Assembly: GCA_051294905.1 (NCBI GenBank)
Contig: CM119372.1
Location: forward strand, 37,822,001-37,886,000
Direction of reading: 5' to 3'
Source: Botryllus schlosseri
Lineage: Eukaryota
DNA: 64,000 nucleotides
Of this stretch, positions 26,383 to 37,920 are shown piece by piece (the stretch's first letter is position 1; each line of letters opens with the position of its first letter). A model generated the notes under the pieces. It ran no database searches, was not told where the DNA came from, and was given only the letters and a program-made list of their open reading frames with translations. The position numbers and the translations under genes were made by a program.

Positions 26383-27593
26383 CAGCGGTCGGGAACCTAT
26401 GGCTCGCGAGCCATATGTGGCTCTTTTGGGTGTAAGATATGGCTCTTTGCCAAATATAGATATATTTTACTGAATTGATCAATATTGCAGCAACTTGTTG
26501 GTAAATTTTCGTCACGACCAGAATAATTATTCTCGTGAGCGTATAAACATGCCTTTGTGAGGTGAAGGCAATGCCGTCTTCAGGGTTAGAGGCTCGGACA
26601 GCCCTTTTCAAAAACCCCAAATGTCAGTTACTGTCGCGCCTGCGACCAATATCACTCGCGAATTCGATGCATCCGACTCGAAATCTTTGATTGCACGATA
26701 CGTTGATTGATCAAAGAGAATAGCAGACATGGCGATGCCCATAAATGACAACGCCGTTATCAAATATATACTCACCGTCTTCCTGATCTACGGCGCGAAA
26801 TGAACTGCCGTGGAAGTGACATTCACAATTACAAACAACGCCATATAGCTATCCACGTTCTTGATTGATAAGTTGCTTTGTAACACAAGCGATAAAATGA
26901 AGGAGTGCAGCGCAACGTTATATGTTCTCGCCGAATACTTTTAGAATTGAGAAGTCGATCCGGATTTAGATTTTCGTAATCAGTGCAACAGTTACATTCA
27001 GTTCATTACAGTTATTATAAATTTTAAGCTATCTACGATGAATTGTGCTGTCAATTGCGGTCCGTCTGTGCCTTACCTCTCGCATCGGGCTGTCTTTTTG
27101 AATGATAAATATGCAAATCGCCTAATTTTCGGAGGAAAATTCAGTCATTCATTAACATCGATAGAAAATGCGAATAATAATTGAAATTTTCACAATTATC
27201 GTTCACTCATCCTGGCGACAGGTGACGAACTGCCTCGCTTTCCTCCCCTGACCCCATGTGACTGAAGTATCACACTTTACATTGGCTATACACTGCTGTA
27301 GTGATCATGTTTGGGTCCACTTACGCATGTGATCATGGGTTGTCGCATTTAAAAGGAGCATTACGACGGAGCTAAGTTCTCGCAACTCAAGTTTCGCATG
27401 CTCGAATAAGGTTACCAGCATGATTAGTACGAGTTTTTACAGAGAAAATGTGAGTTTATATAAGTGCTACAATGACGTCACGAATTTGCAATTGTGACGT
27501 AACAGTTGATTGACATGTATGGCTCTTTGGGAGTTAAAATGGAAAAAATTGGGCCAATATGGCTCTTTGGACGAAAAAGGCTCCCGACCACTG
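26383..27593 (+). mobile_element. 1.2-kb non-autonomous hAT element inserted in the I/Nimb-like LINE ORF
   Basis: TIR cagcggtcgggaacct / aggctcccgaccactg. 8-bp TSD gtctatag/gtccatag. Removing it restores the host frame HDIPIDDAKK. Sister copy at 54991-56214. Confidence 0.9.
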
Positions 27594-29344
27594 GTCCATA
27601 GGGATGTCATGAATTGTGATGGCACGATGTGATGATGTCGCCTCCTTGGCCAGGCGATCGGCTACTTCATTTCCGGGAATTCCTGCGTGGCCCGGAATCC
27701 ATATGAGCGTGATTGTCTTTCCTTCTCTCTCGTCAACCTGTTGAGAACATTAACGATTTGATTAACGATAAAAGGCCCATCTGTTCGATAATTAGCTATA
27801 CAGCCCAGTGCACTAAGGCAATCGCTGAGAACAACAGCTTGGCTAACGTTATTCGTTTCGATCCAATGAAGAGCGGATAATATGGCATACGATTCTACTG
27901 AGAATGACGACAGAGCTCCTTGGTATTTGTGGGATATTGTTACATTCCGATCTTTTACGTATATCGCATAACCAGTGGCGTCAGTGGTCTTCAATCCGTC
28001 TGTGAAAACATGTAAATGGTTTGGGTATGAGCCCATAAGTTCAGAATAGGCTGCGCCCACAATGTATCGGAATGAGTGACGATTGATAATTCGTGATAAT
28101 GACAAATCAACCTGTAAATCACCGATTGTTCAAGGTGCTGCTCGAACGAGTTCCTTGCCGCGAATACACTGGTCGTCGAGTGGGTTCGATCTTGTCAAAA
28201 ATTTGAACGTACAATATCTGTTTCTCAATAGGCAGTATGTGTCTTCCCACGTTGTCTGGAGTAATTAGGAGTTTAGGTGATTTGACTTAGTTGAAGTTTC
28301 ATATCGGTATTTCAAACAAAGAAACTGGTGTCCTATGTGTATAGGCATTTCGTTGCACGACGCTTCTATCGAACATATCGGAGTGCTTTTCATCGCACCA
28401 CAGCACACTCGTAGTGCCTTATTAGTGATTACCGAGGTAGATGGTGTGGTAAGGACATATGATTATATAGTAAAGCAATAGCTCTATATATCCCTGAGTT
28501 CTCATTGCCGACTAACATTTGACAAAATCTGTCAAATCAAACCGTTTTTCGTTGCGCTCATCGCGAATTATCCACCGACGATATTTCCATGAATGCAGTT
28601 GTTTATTTTAATTCATGTAAAATGAAATTGGCGTACTATTGGATTGCCATTTCCCCGTTAAAACACTCCCGTCACGCTAGCTACTCCAAGTCGTTTCGAT
28701 ACCTTCCTATCTTTTCAATGTATCGCAGTTTTGTGGTGTTTTGAAATGATGAAAATATTATTAAAGTAATACTTATACTGATAGCTCGGGTTGTTTTCCA
28801 CAAAATGTTTAGAACTAGATGTTGTATCCTGCAGCGCACTGCGTGTCGGTATCGAAAAGGCATTTTACTGTACAACTTTCGAGAGTAATGCCCTTTGTAC
28901 ATTGAAGATTTTTTGAAGCTTTTTGGCCAAAATGATTAAAAAAATATACTTGTATTTAAGAGCTACAAAACTAAATCCTCAAGAGTATTTCTTCATCGTA
29001 TTATAAAGGATGATACTGCTTAGTGTTGTCATTGTCACCCCCATTCATGTTAAAGTTAAGAGCTTGGTGCAGTACTAAATTTAATGTGAGCAAATCTCAA
29101 CCACATTCTCAGTTGCTTTAGTAGTCACACAAAGCAATAAAACAAAACCCAATACAATTAACTTCTTGGTATTGCCAATCGCAGAGGAGTATTCGGGATC
29201 TGTACATCGATCTCGAACCGAATGCTGTGAGCCCGTATAGGCCTCACCCTGGATTTTATCCCGAAAATAGTACATACAAATATACCGTTAATTAGTCGAG
29301 TGGTCTAATAGGGAATTCCCAACCCGAAACCGGACTTTGACCAC

Positions 29345-29504
29345 TGTAGTGTCTTGGCATTGTGGGTAGGAGTCACATGACCACGGTGCGCGAGTATGCA
29401 TGAGGCGAGTAGTGAAGCGGGTGACAGAGTGAGAGCGGAGTGAATAAAGGATCGGAATAAGACTGCATGTACGTGTGATATCGGACACCGGGTAGGATAC
29501 TACA
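29345..29504 (+). mobile_element. 160-bp solo LTR
   Basis: Inverted termini TGTAGTGTC...GATACTACA, internal AATAAA, and a perfect 5-bp TSD accac (29340-29344, 29505-29509). Confidence 0.75.
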
Positions 29505-30572
29505 ACCACTCAGCGTTGTTTTTTACTTCAGTCATTAAAATAGTGGGCCCCAGACTCAGGCAATTTTTGAAAGGGGGTGCTGGAGAAAAAAAGGGTAAGA
29601 ACACTGGTTTAAGCTAACTAATGTATCATTTTTAAGGCTTAAACCACTATGCTTTTACATTGCCGCGTAACGTTGTTATTCACTTCCTCATTAATTGTAG
29701 TGAATTTCTGTTTCTCTGCATTCAACGTGACGAGAGCTACGTCTTAGCCTACTATGGAGGGTAGATTTCGGGTTAGTTTTGATCCCAACACTGTCATTAT
29801 TTTGAGGGGTACGCCATACATGTAGATAATTGCGAAAGGGTACGCAGTCGCAGAGGTTGTCAAACCATTGTGACGTCACAATTAAGGATTCGTGACGTAG
29901 TGGCTAAAAAAGTATTTTAATGGGGTCATGCTTTATACAGGTTTTCCTAAATTCGTTTTGGTTTCAAATGCAACGTTAGTAACGTCGCTTTGTCGTACTG
30001 AATCATGACGTCCGCCAATGTCCTGCTGGGATTGATTATGTCACTCGCTCCATGTAATGTGTTATGCGAAATACACACCAAGAACGATGCAAAGAAAGTC
30101 TTGCGCTATCCATTTTTCAAGAAAATGTGACCGGAAGTTAGACTGATTCAATGTTGCACACAAGGGGGCCTATATTTTCAGGAATAATCTTTCAGAACAC
30201 TAGATCCTAGAATTCTCTACAAAACAGCATTGCCTCAAGTATTATCCTCTAAAATCTCTTGGAAATGTGATGTGATCTAGCTAGGCCTACACTATTGTCC
30301 ACTTTACCGAATTGAATAAACACGATTAAAGTTCACAGGTCTCATGAACGCAAGGCTACTGCCAGGACAAGACCAGCAATTTGGCACAGAATTATTCTAA
30401 CAGTTGAGTGCGATTAGTAATCGACATTCCTGCATGACGACGATACGTGAATAGAAAAGTTCACTCAGTCAAACCTTAACTTCATACTTTCTATCGAATC
30501 TATAGCAATTTCGAATCCGGTTTATCTTTTCTGTATAATAACTGCAGGCATGCCATCGAAATATGATATATA

Positions 30573-30578
30573 TTTATT
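30573..30578 (-). promoter_or_regulatory. Putative polyadenylation signal of BHMT paralog A
   Basis: AATAAA on the minus strand about 67 nt after the TAG stop. Confidence 0.5.
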
Positions 30579-30644
30579 TCACCGCCGGAAATCAATTATC
30601 ACCTCTCTTGCATAAAAAGAAAAACAATTTAAAAAGTAGAATAT

Positions 30645-33600
30645 CTATTGGAATTTCATTCCCGTTTTCGGCTTCGACACGCTCGAGCTGAACGGCCTTC
30701 CAGACGCGGGATTCATGCTGTACCAGTAGTCGCCTGTTCTCCTGCATTGACAGCCAGTCTTGCGAATCAGTGTAAATGTAGAAGCACATGGTTACTTACA
30801 ATACTTCTTTGCGCAGCTCCGAAGTCAGACTGTTTTTGAAGAACTCTCCGCCGAAAGCCCGGGCCATGTCGTGCACTGGTGGATTTAATTTGCGTTCCGG
30901 TTCAAGCTATATGAATACATTTTGAAGAACACCATTAGTATAACTTATTCATCTTATTTGCTCCTATCTTATATTACGTTGCCAGTAATAAGAGTACACA
31001 TAATATATATCAGAAACTATACGGAATACCCTAATTATGCAAGACATAGGCTTGTGTTGATGATATGCAAACCGACACATATTCATGGGTAGTAAGAAAC
31101 GAATAACCACTTTTCGGAGTATAGTCAAGTATGTTTTGCTCATTTGCAATACTTACTTTTATTTTAAAAAAAACACTTCCATGTCTATTTAAAGGTCTCC
31201 TGGGCAAAACTTGTTATTTTTACACTTTGGCATTTGTAAAGTAGAAAGTAGTTTTGCGATATATTCATATCGCTTTGATAAGTGAAATTGCCATGGCAGT
31301 TTTACGAAATATCCCAGTATCGCAGTATCTGAAGTTTTTTTTACAAATATTACACCCATTTGTTCCTGCAACAGTCATCTTGCATTGGTCGCTAATATGC
31401 ATCTTGTAACCACCTGCGGCTTGTTGTTTGTGATATTCATGGTGTTTGTCGACCACTATGTTCATTTACACCAGGCTAATTTTGTGCATGTTTATTCCGT
31501 ACCTGCCGACTTGTATCACGACCCACTTATAGGTTTTTATAGGAAACGCTTACATTGATGAGGGGGCGAGGAGAAGCGTAGCTAAACCTACAACATTTTA
31601 GGTAGGAATTATGGAGTCAACCTCGGTCGGGCTCGAACCCGCCACCCGCTGGTGTTGCAGCTATGGATTATACCATTACGTTATCTCGCCACAGGGGCTG
31701 CATCTACTATTTGAAAACACTGGCTCGAGCACTTTCCAGAATTTGATTTCTTACTTCAGTTTTTAATCGAATGGATATATATACAGCCTTATTTCCGTAT
31801 GAGTACCACATCCGCTCATATCGACGGGTTGACACGAAAGGACATGACCGCTGTGGTGTTTGCATGATTACCTCCGTGTATCCAATTTCACTCCGTCCAA
31901 GAACTTACGCGGTGTCGTCAATAAATCGACTTGAAAATCGTTTAGGTAATTTTGTCATTCGCCAGTACTGTTGTAGCACTGCATCATGTGATGAAATCGT
32001 GGCAAGAAATCTAATCTACCATACCAGAAAACAAGTCTGGCAGTATTAAAGGTTCAACCCGTGCGTATTCCATATGTCTCGAAGATCCCGTATCAAATAT
32101 CTCACCTCTTCGGCAATAGAACGAATATGATGGGGCTCAAAGCCGCAACATCCTCCGATATAGCTTACGCCGGCATCCCACGCCTGGCGGGCAAACCTAT
32201 GCGCTTCAATCCTCGTCATGATTCGGGGATCTAAGCCTGTATGATGAAGTGAGTGTTACGTAACCAGTGAACCACTGTCCAATCGCACTGCAGCGTTGGT
32301 ATACAGGACATGTGAGTTGGCAAACAGTGTACCGGTATTTGTCTTATCCAGTAAAACCAAACAAGTTCTAATAGGCAAATACGAAAAGCCTACGTAACTA
32401 TCAATATCTGTGCACATAGCTTTAATCTCCAACGCTCAAATAGCGAATATGGAGCAGCTTTGGCAATTTGGCATATAGCGACAGTGAATCGCCGGTTTTC
32501 CGTATATATGCCTAATTATTGTTATATTATCAGGAATATGTTAATACCATGTATGAACATTATTATGAATTATATGTGCAATATGAAATCTCAATCTCAC
32601 GACCATCTAACATGTGCTATTGTCATTTTCTGAATTTCTTTGTGTTGTAGTACATAGCACACAACACCTCAACTGCCTAGCAGGTGATAGTTTCCACTCG
32701 AAACACCTAACAATAATATTCATAACATATGGATGTTGTTGACTCGTGTACGTGACTTCGTATGCGGACCACCGTATAACTCGACGTGCATGTACCTCAC
32801 TTACACAGTGGGTATTCTGGTAGTGAGAAAAATCCGTTGGGATGGTCTTCAGTCTCCGGGCACAGAAAGCCCGTCGGTTGGCAGATGAGGTATTTGTCGA
32901 GGTTTTCGTGGACGAGTGCGGCCTTGATTCGTTTCAACACTTTTATAGACGTATTGCAATCAAACGAGCAATTGGTGCCTGCAGAGAATGTACAAATGTA
33001 TGATGGATTATATTTGGAGTTCTGGTTTGGCTTCGGGTTAGGGCTGCATACAGTACTGAGACAAATGACCATGCGCGACACGGCTATATTTTAGTATACG
33101 GCACCTTAGAATGAGTTATGCCTACATGAACATGCGGCTAATATAACGTTTGAGCTGTGTTGATGTCGGTGATTTTCACTCGGAGGGTCGTTCGCCTGTT
33201 TTATGACGGTCCCAAAGCTTCCGAAATCGGCCGAGAGTAGCTCTGGGCGAAGGTGCTAACCTGTTCTTTAATTGCAAATTTAAAATATTTTTAGGTCAGA
33301 AATGAGGTCGCACTAAGGTTGTGAACAGACCGCTTGGAGGTAGGATTATGATTGGGGTTATAGGAGCATAAATCATTGTTTTCACATTGCCCCATGCTCA
33401 AATATCGGGACGCCATTATCCATATAACATTCAGAAGATATATGTCCAAATTGAATCCATACCAATTACATCAGCTCCCGTTTTCGCCATCCTCAGCGCG
33501 CAGTCCTCGACGGCAGTTCCGTTCACGTCTCCACCGGGCCCGATTCTCATACATAACACGATTGGAAGATTGAGCTTTCTCATTTCCTCGGCGCATACTT

Positions 33601-35218
33601 CAATTTCTCTTATGTCGTGGAAGAACTAAAGTGAATATATCTGGTTTGCAATAGAATATTATGTTCATAACGAAATACACCCGAATAGTGTCGGCTGAGA
33701 AATCGGTAATCGTCGGAAACTAGTTTTGAATTATCATATCAACATACGTATGATAGATACGATTTTTCAATTTATCAGATTTTCAATATATCAGTCAATT
33801 GTATATCGCTGTTCTGTGTCTTCAACAGTCTCTTCATATTCTGATACTTATATTTTGAGCGCGTATCACAGCAGATGACGTGATGAATCACCTCGGCAAT
33901 GACGAAATCAATGCTTTCGTTTCTGTAGGCGTCGGCTTGTTTCGAGAATTCTTTCCTGGCTGCTTCTTCTCCTTCGTCGCGAAAACTCGGAACCGGACTG
34001 AACCCGCCGGCGATTAGACAGTCGTTTTCGGAAGCAGCTTTTCTGGCTAGCTCACAGGCGGCTTTGTTGATGTCGACACTCTACGAGTAATCAATAGTAG
34101 TCAACGTTGCAAGATGTGGCTTCCAGAATAACGCAAAAGAATTGATAGGGCTACAAATAGACACAATAATACTTGAAAACATATTATGAAGTTACTGCCA
34201 GGGAGTCATCATGGAGTTTGGTTGTATTAACATACCAGTCATAAACAAACTTCTATGTTTACCTTGATTCATTTAAAATAATAAAGTATGACTAGTTTCT
34301 GTAGAGATAAAATATCATGGTTTTCAAGTAATGACGATTTGACACATACCGGTGATAAAAACTTATCCCCAAACTAATCTTCGCTCTTCTAAATATTATT
34401 ACAAAAAGTAACTATAGGCTTGCCTATCAACATGTGAAAGTGGAGGTAATCAAGACCAAGAGCAATAGGAACTGATTAAGTAGTGCAAAGGCAAATTTAT
34501 AAATGAGTGGGCTACTTCGCAATAGCAGAAATACGTTGTCGCTTATCACGTCTAATCAGGCTTGGAGAGTTGAAAATTCTCTAGTTGCCTATGAAGAGCG
34601 AAATGTCGGTTGTTTAATTCTAATCGTAGCTTTGAGATGCTTATATGCTCTAATTATGATGTCATTTCTGGTTTCCCTGAAAATGCTACGGAAGAACTAT
34701 GAAGTAAAAAGCGAGTCAAGATTGGTCTACTCTACAGACATTCGTCTTTCTCGTGCTTTTGGGAATGGAATCTGATTTGATATGGACCGAACTTTATTTT
34801 TGTGGTATTTCTTTTTAATTATGAATATTACGTCAATTTTCAATTTTTTTGCGAGTTCAGTAACATGAATTATATATCCTAATTCGGAAAAGCTTATAGC
34901 TCAACACTCATTCAAATCATTTATGAAATGTTTCCCGAATGGAATATCGAAACCTACAGAGTAAGCAACTTTTTCTTTTCCTGTACCGTACGCTAGCTTG
35001 TCATCGGTCGCGTAAAAGGTGGCCGTTTGTACGACGTCGGCCCCCGACCGCACGTATTCACGGTGGACTTGCAGCACCGCTTCCGGGTAGTCGATCACAG
35101 CTTCCGGGGTGAACATTCCGGATTTGGCGTATCCTCTCTTCTCTAACAGAAAGCACATGCTGCCGTCTCCTACCACGGGGCCTTCCGAGAGGCGTTGCAG
35201 TAAACCTTTCTTGACCAT
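30645..35218 (-). CDS. BHMT: Betaine--homocysteine S-methyltransferase family protein, paralog A (7 exons, 373 aa)
   Basis: Exons 35218-34958, 34080-33892, 33625-33463, 32978-32805, 32236-32106, 30906-30800 and 30741-30645, all GT-AG with consistent phase (1122 nt). Motifs [87 protein letters not shown]. Confidence 0.95.
31421..31697 (-). mobile_element. tRNA-derived SINE, copy 3 (in BHMT-A intron 5)
   Basis: Reverse complement aligns by eye over its full length with 4874-5151, including box A and box B. Confidence 0.8.
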
Positions 35219-35383
35219 TTCGATTTTATTGCGGAAATCGTCTGCTACGAAAAAGTCAGGTTATGCAATGAAAATGGGCGTAAATACTAGTAGCCTACTA
35301 GATACTAATGTTTGAGCAGGAACATATATAGAAAATATTGAAATTGGGCGGTTGAGCATGCGACACTTGAGCTAGCTAATCAC

Positions 35384-35996
35384 TAGGGCAAGTTTTTGTT
35401 GCAGTCAAATCCGTAGAAAGTTGCATTTATTTTTCACAAAAGTGGCAGTAAAACGTTGCATTTATTTTTCACAATCGTTGCACTAAAACGTTGCATTTAT
35501 GGACTATTTACTTACAATTATTAGGTCATGAGATGCTCGAATCGATACTTATCCAAGGCACTGTAGCAAACTCAGTGTTTGCGACTTCAACAAAATCAAT
35601 AGCTTGAAAAATTAACCCCGTAAAAATATAATTTTCGTCGGTCTCCTGAATGTACGTCAAATCAGAAAGGACGTCAAATTTAAACGACAGTGAAATGATC
35701 GAGCGATCTAGTTACATATAGTGCCAAATACTTCCAGTAAAAATTTAGTTTCATGAAAAATCGAATTAATTTGCAAAAAGTTTCATGAAAAATCGAATAA
35801 AATTGCAAAAAGTTTCACGAAAAATCGCATAATTTGCAAACAGTTGCATGAAAAAAATGGAGAAAAGTTGCAAAAAGTTGCACTGTAAGATTCCTTCAAA
35901 CAGCTTAAAACAGCATTCTACATAACTTCCGAGTATTTAGGAAGCTGCAGGAAGCTGTAAAAAAAGTTGCAAAAGTTGCAAAAACTTGCCCTACTA
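35384..35996 (+). mobile_element. hAT-type MITE with internal aagttgca/ttgcatttat repeats, just upstream of BHMT-A
   Basis: TIR tagggcaagtttttg ... caaaaacttgcccta. 8-bp direct repeat ctaatcac at 35376-35383 and 35997-36004. Confidence 0.75.
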
Positions 35997-37109
35997 CTAA
36001 TCACTAATCTGAACCTAGCTTGAACCCATACGCTCAACTGTCGCATGCCAAGGTGATTCCTGCTATCATGTCATATACTGATAAGCCCGCAGACCGTAAA
36101 TATAGGCCTACTATGACTTTTGGATAACGGTTACTTGCATTAAAACGATAGGTTGATTTAGCGATCAGTATCCTATAATCCTCGCAAAAAAATACAAAGA
36201 GGAATACATATACGGATATACGAGTGGCAAACACAAGTGTAACAACGTGCGTGCACGTAATTATTTCCAGAATATCCTAACACCGTGCTTTGAAGGTCTC
36301 TACATCCAATCGCATCTGGCTGAATTAAATCGGATGAATCTAGTTAATCTATCTTATCCCTCGGATACCCTATATCTACCGTTTTTGTGGATGATGCAAT
36401 CGCGGCATCATATAGTATACATTAGGCAAAGAATTGGAAGGCGACATTATCACTCTGGGTAAATATATATTGTGTGGTACCACGCTCAGCCAATTCCACA
36501 GTATTCCAGTATTTTGTAAACGAACGGAATGAGATAATCACGTATGGAAATATATAGAAAATACTTCGTAGGCTATCGCTATGTTTCATTCTTGCATGAT
36601 ATTCCACTTCCACATCAGTATCCAATGAATGAATTCCTCATCAAATGCATCAATTTGCTTCAAATACATCACATATTCATTGGTTTAAGTAGAACCAAAC
36701 TTAATGAGACTATCATATCCGCATTACTTGCAAATCATGTCAAACACTTACTTATATGGGTGCAGTTGGTGGTATGAAGACCGATATAGCGAGAAACTGG
36801 TATTAATATAATATTTCTTCTTTTTAATCAATCATCATGTTTACTTTTTCGGTTCAAAATATTTACCGAACGCAGACGTCTTTCCCCGCACTACGATGTA
36901 ACTGGTTGGATTTGGTGATGTCACACGCCTTACAATAACGACGAAGTGTAAACCTTGCTCCGTTCGCCCGTGTTATGCCACAGACCTACAGAACTTTTCG
37001 GTTACTATGGTACAAGCGACATACGGGTTCATCTTTGCCACCTGTTGTTCTCAGCAGTGAAATATAACCAGCAGCCGACAGTGCAGGATCTGGTCCAATG
37101 CGGCTCAAT

Positions 37110-37920
37110 CTAGTTTAAACCGACGTGGTGCGATTTCTGGGCGATGTTTACCATCCTAACCGGCGAACCAGTAGATGGAAGTGTTATGAGACTACTTTCC
37201 TTTGTGATAACACGAGGCCGACAAATTTAAATTTGGACTTTATCTCGGAAGTTGACGAAAGTAGACATTTTCCTTTCTTGCTAATTTATTGGACATCGGC
37301 GACGTGAAAATTTATCAGTCAATATAATGCCATTAAAACAGTTAATGGTGCATCAAATCATGAAGCACCAGGACACACAATTGTCATTAAACATAATTGA
37401 CAAGATGTATTATTGACTCCCATTGTCGACTACAAATTTTGGTGTTGCAGTCATTTATATAGTGAAACGCAAAGAGAATAAAATTGAAATCAGTTTTCAG
37501 CAAAGTGGGAATATAGGGAACCTCATATATTGAAGAGAGTTTGACTGAGCTCTTGATAACCATTAGAAATGGATTGGAAAATAATATTATATTCTATCTA
37601 ATGCGACTATACGCTTTGACATGTCCGACACAGACAAGCCTTAATCTCAACAAATCATCATGTTATGGTATAAAATTCATGCAACGTCCTACCCCGACCT
37701 GTCGCTCATCAACAAGTGACCAAATCACCATTGTTTATTTTAGACAACGCCCACTATGTACCCCTCATGGATATTTCAAACTATAACAGACCATATCAGT
37801 TTAAGCAGATATGCCAGAGTTCGATGCACAGACTACCATCACGCACATCAACTACATCTATATATATGATAATGATATATGTATTAATTGAGATTGCGTT
37901 TGCGATTCGATCATGACTCA
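37110..37920 (+). mobile_element. Possible highly degraded Penelope-like retroelement relic
   Basis: RFLGDVY...NLDFISEVDESRHFPFL resembles the Penelope RT motif RYVDD.F...IxFTxExE...LPFLD. A weak GIY-YIG-like trace lies at about 37580-37900. Confidence 0.3.

Larger units (their letters stand above)
22138..28435 (-). mobile_element. 5'-truncated I/Nimb-like non-LTR retrotransposon (RNase H + C-terminal CCHC), host of two nested insertions
   Basis: 28330-28430 reads ALRVCCGAMKSTPICSIE. RNase H at 27640-28030 (VFTDG, SVESYAI, LSDCLSAL, WIPGHAGIPGNEVADRLAK). 25958-26380 reads FRLHTGHCGLNAHLH...CEHCGELEKVEHYIMTC. The 3' UTR with stem-loop gtggtgc...gcaccac-taaat is displaced to 22138-22248. Confidence 0.8.

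Noticed and set aside
25958..26620. 220-aa ORF as a stand-alone gene
   Set aside because: It is chimeric. The N-terminal 80 or so residues are translated hAT element, and the rest is the LINE C-terminus.
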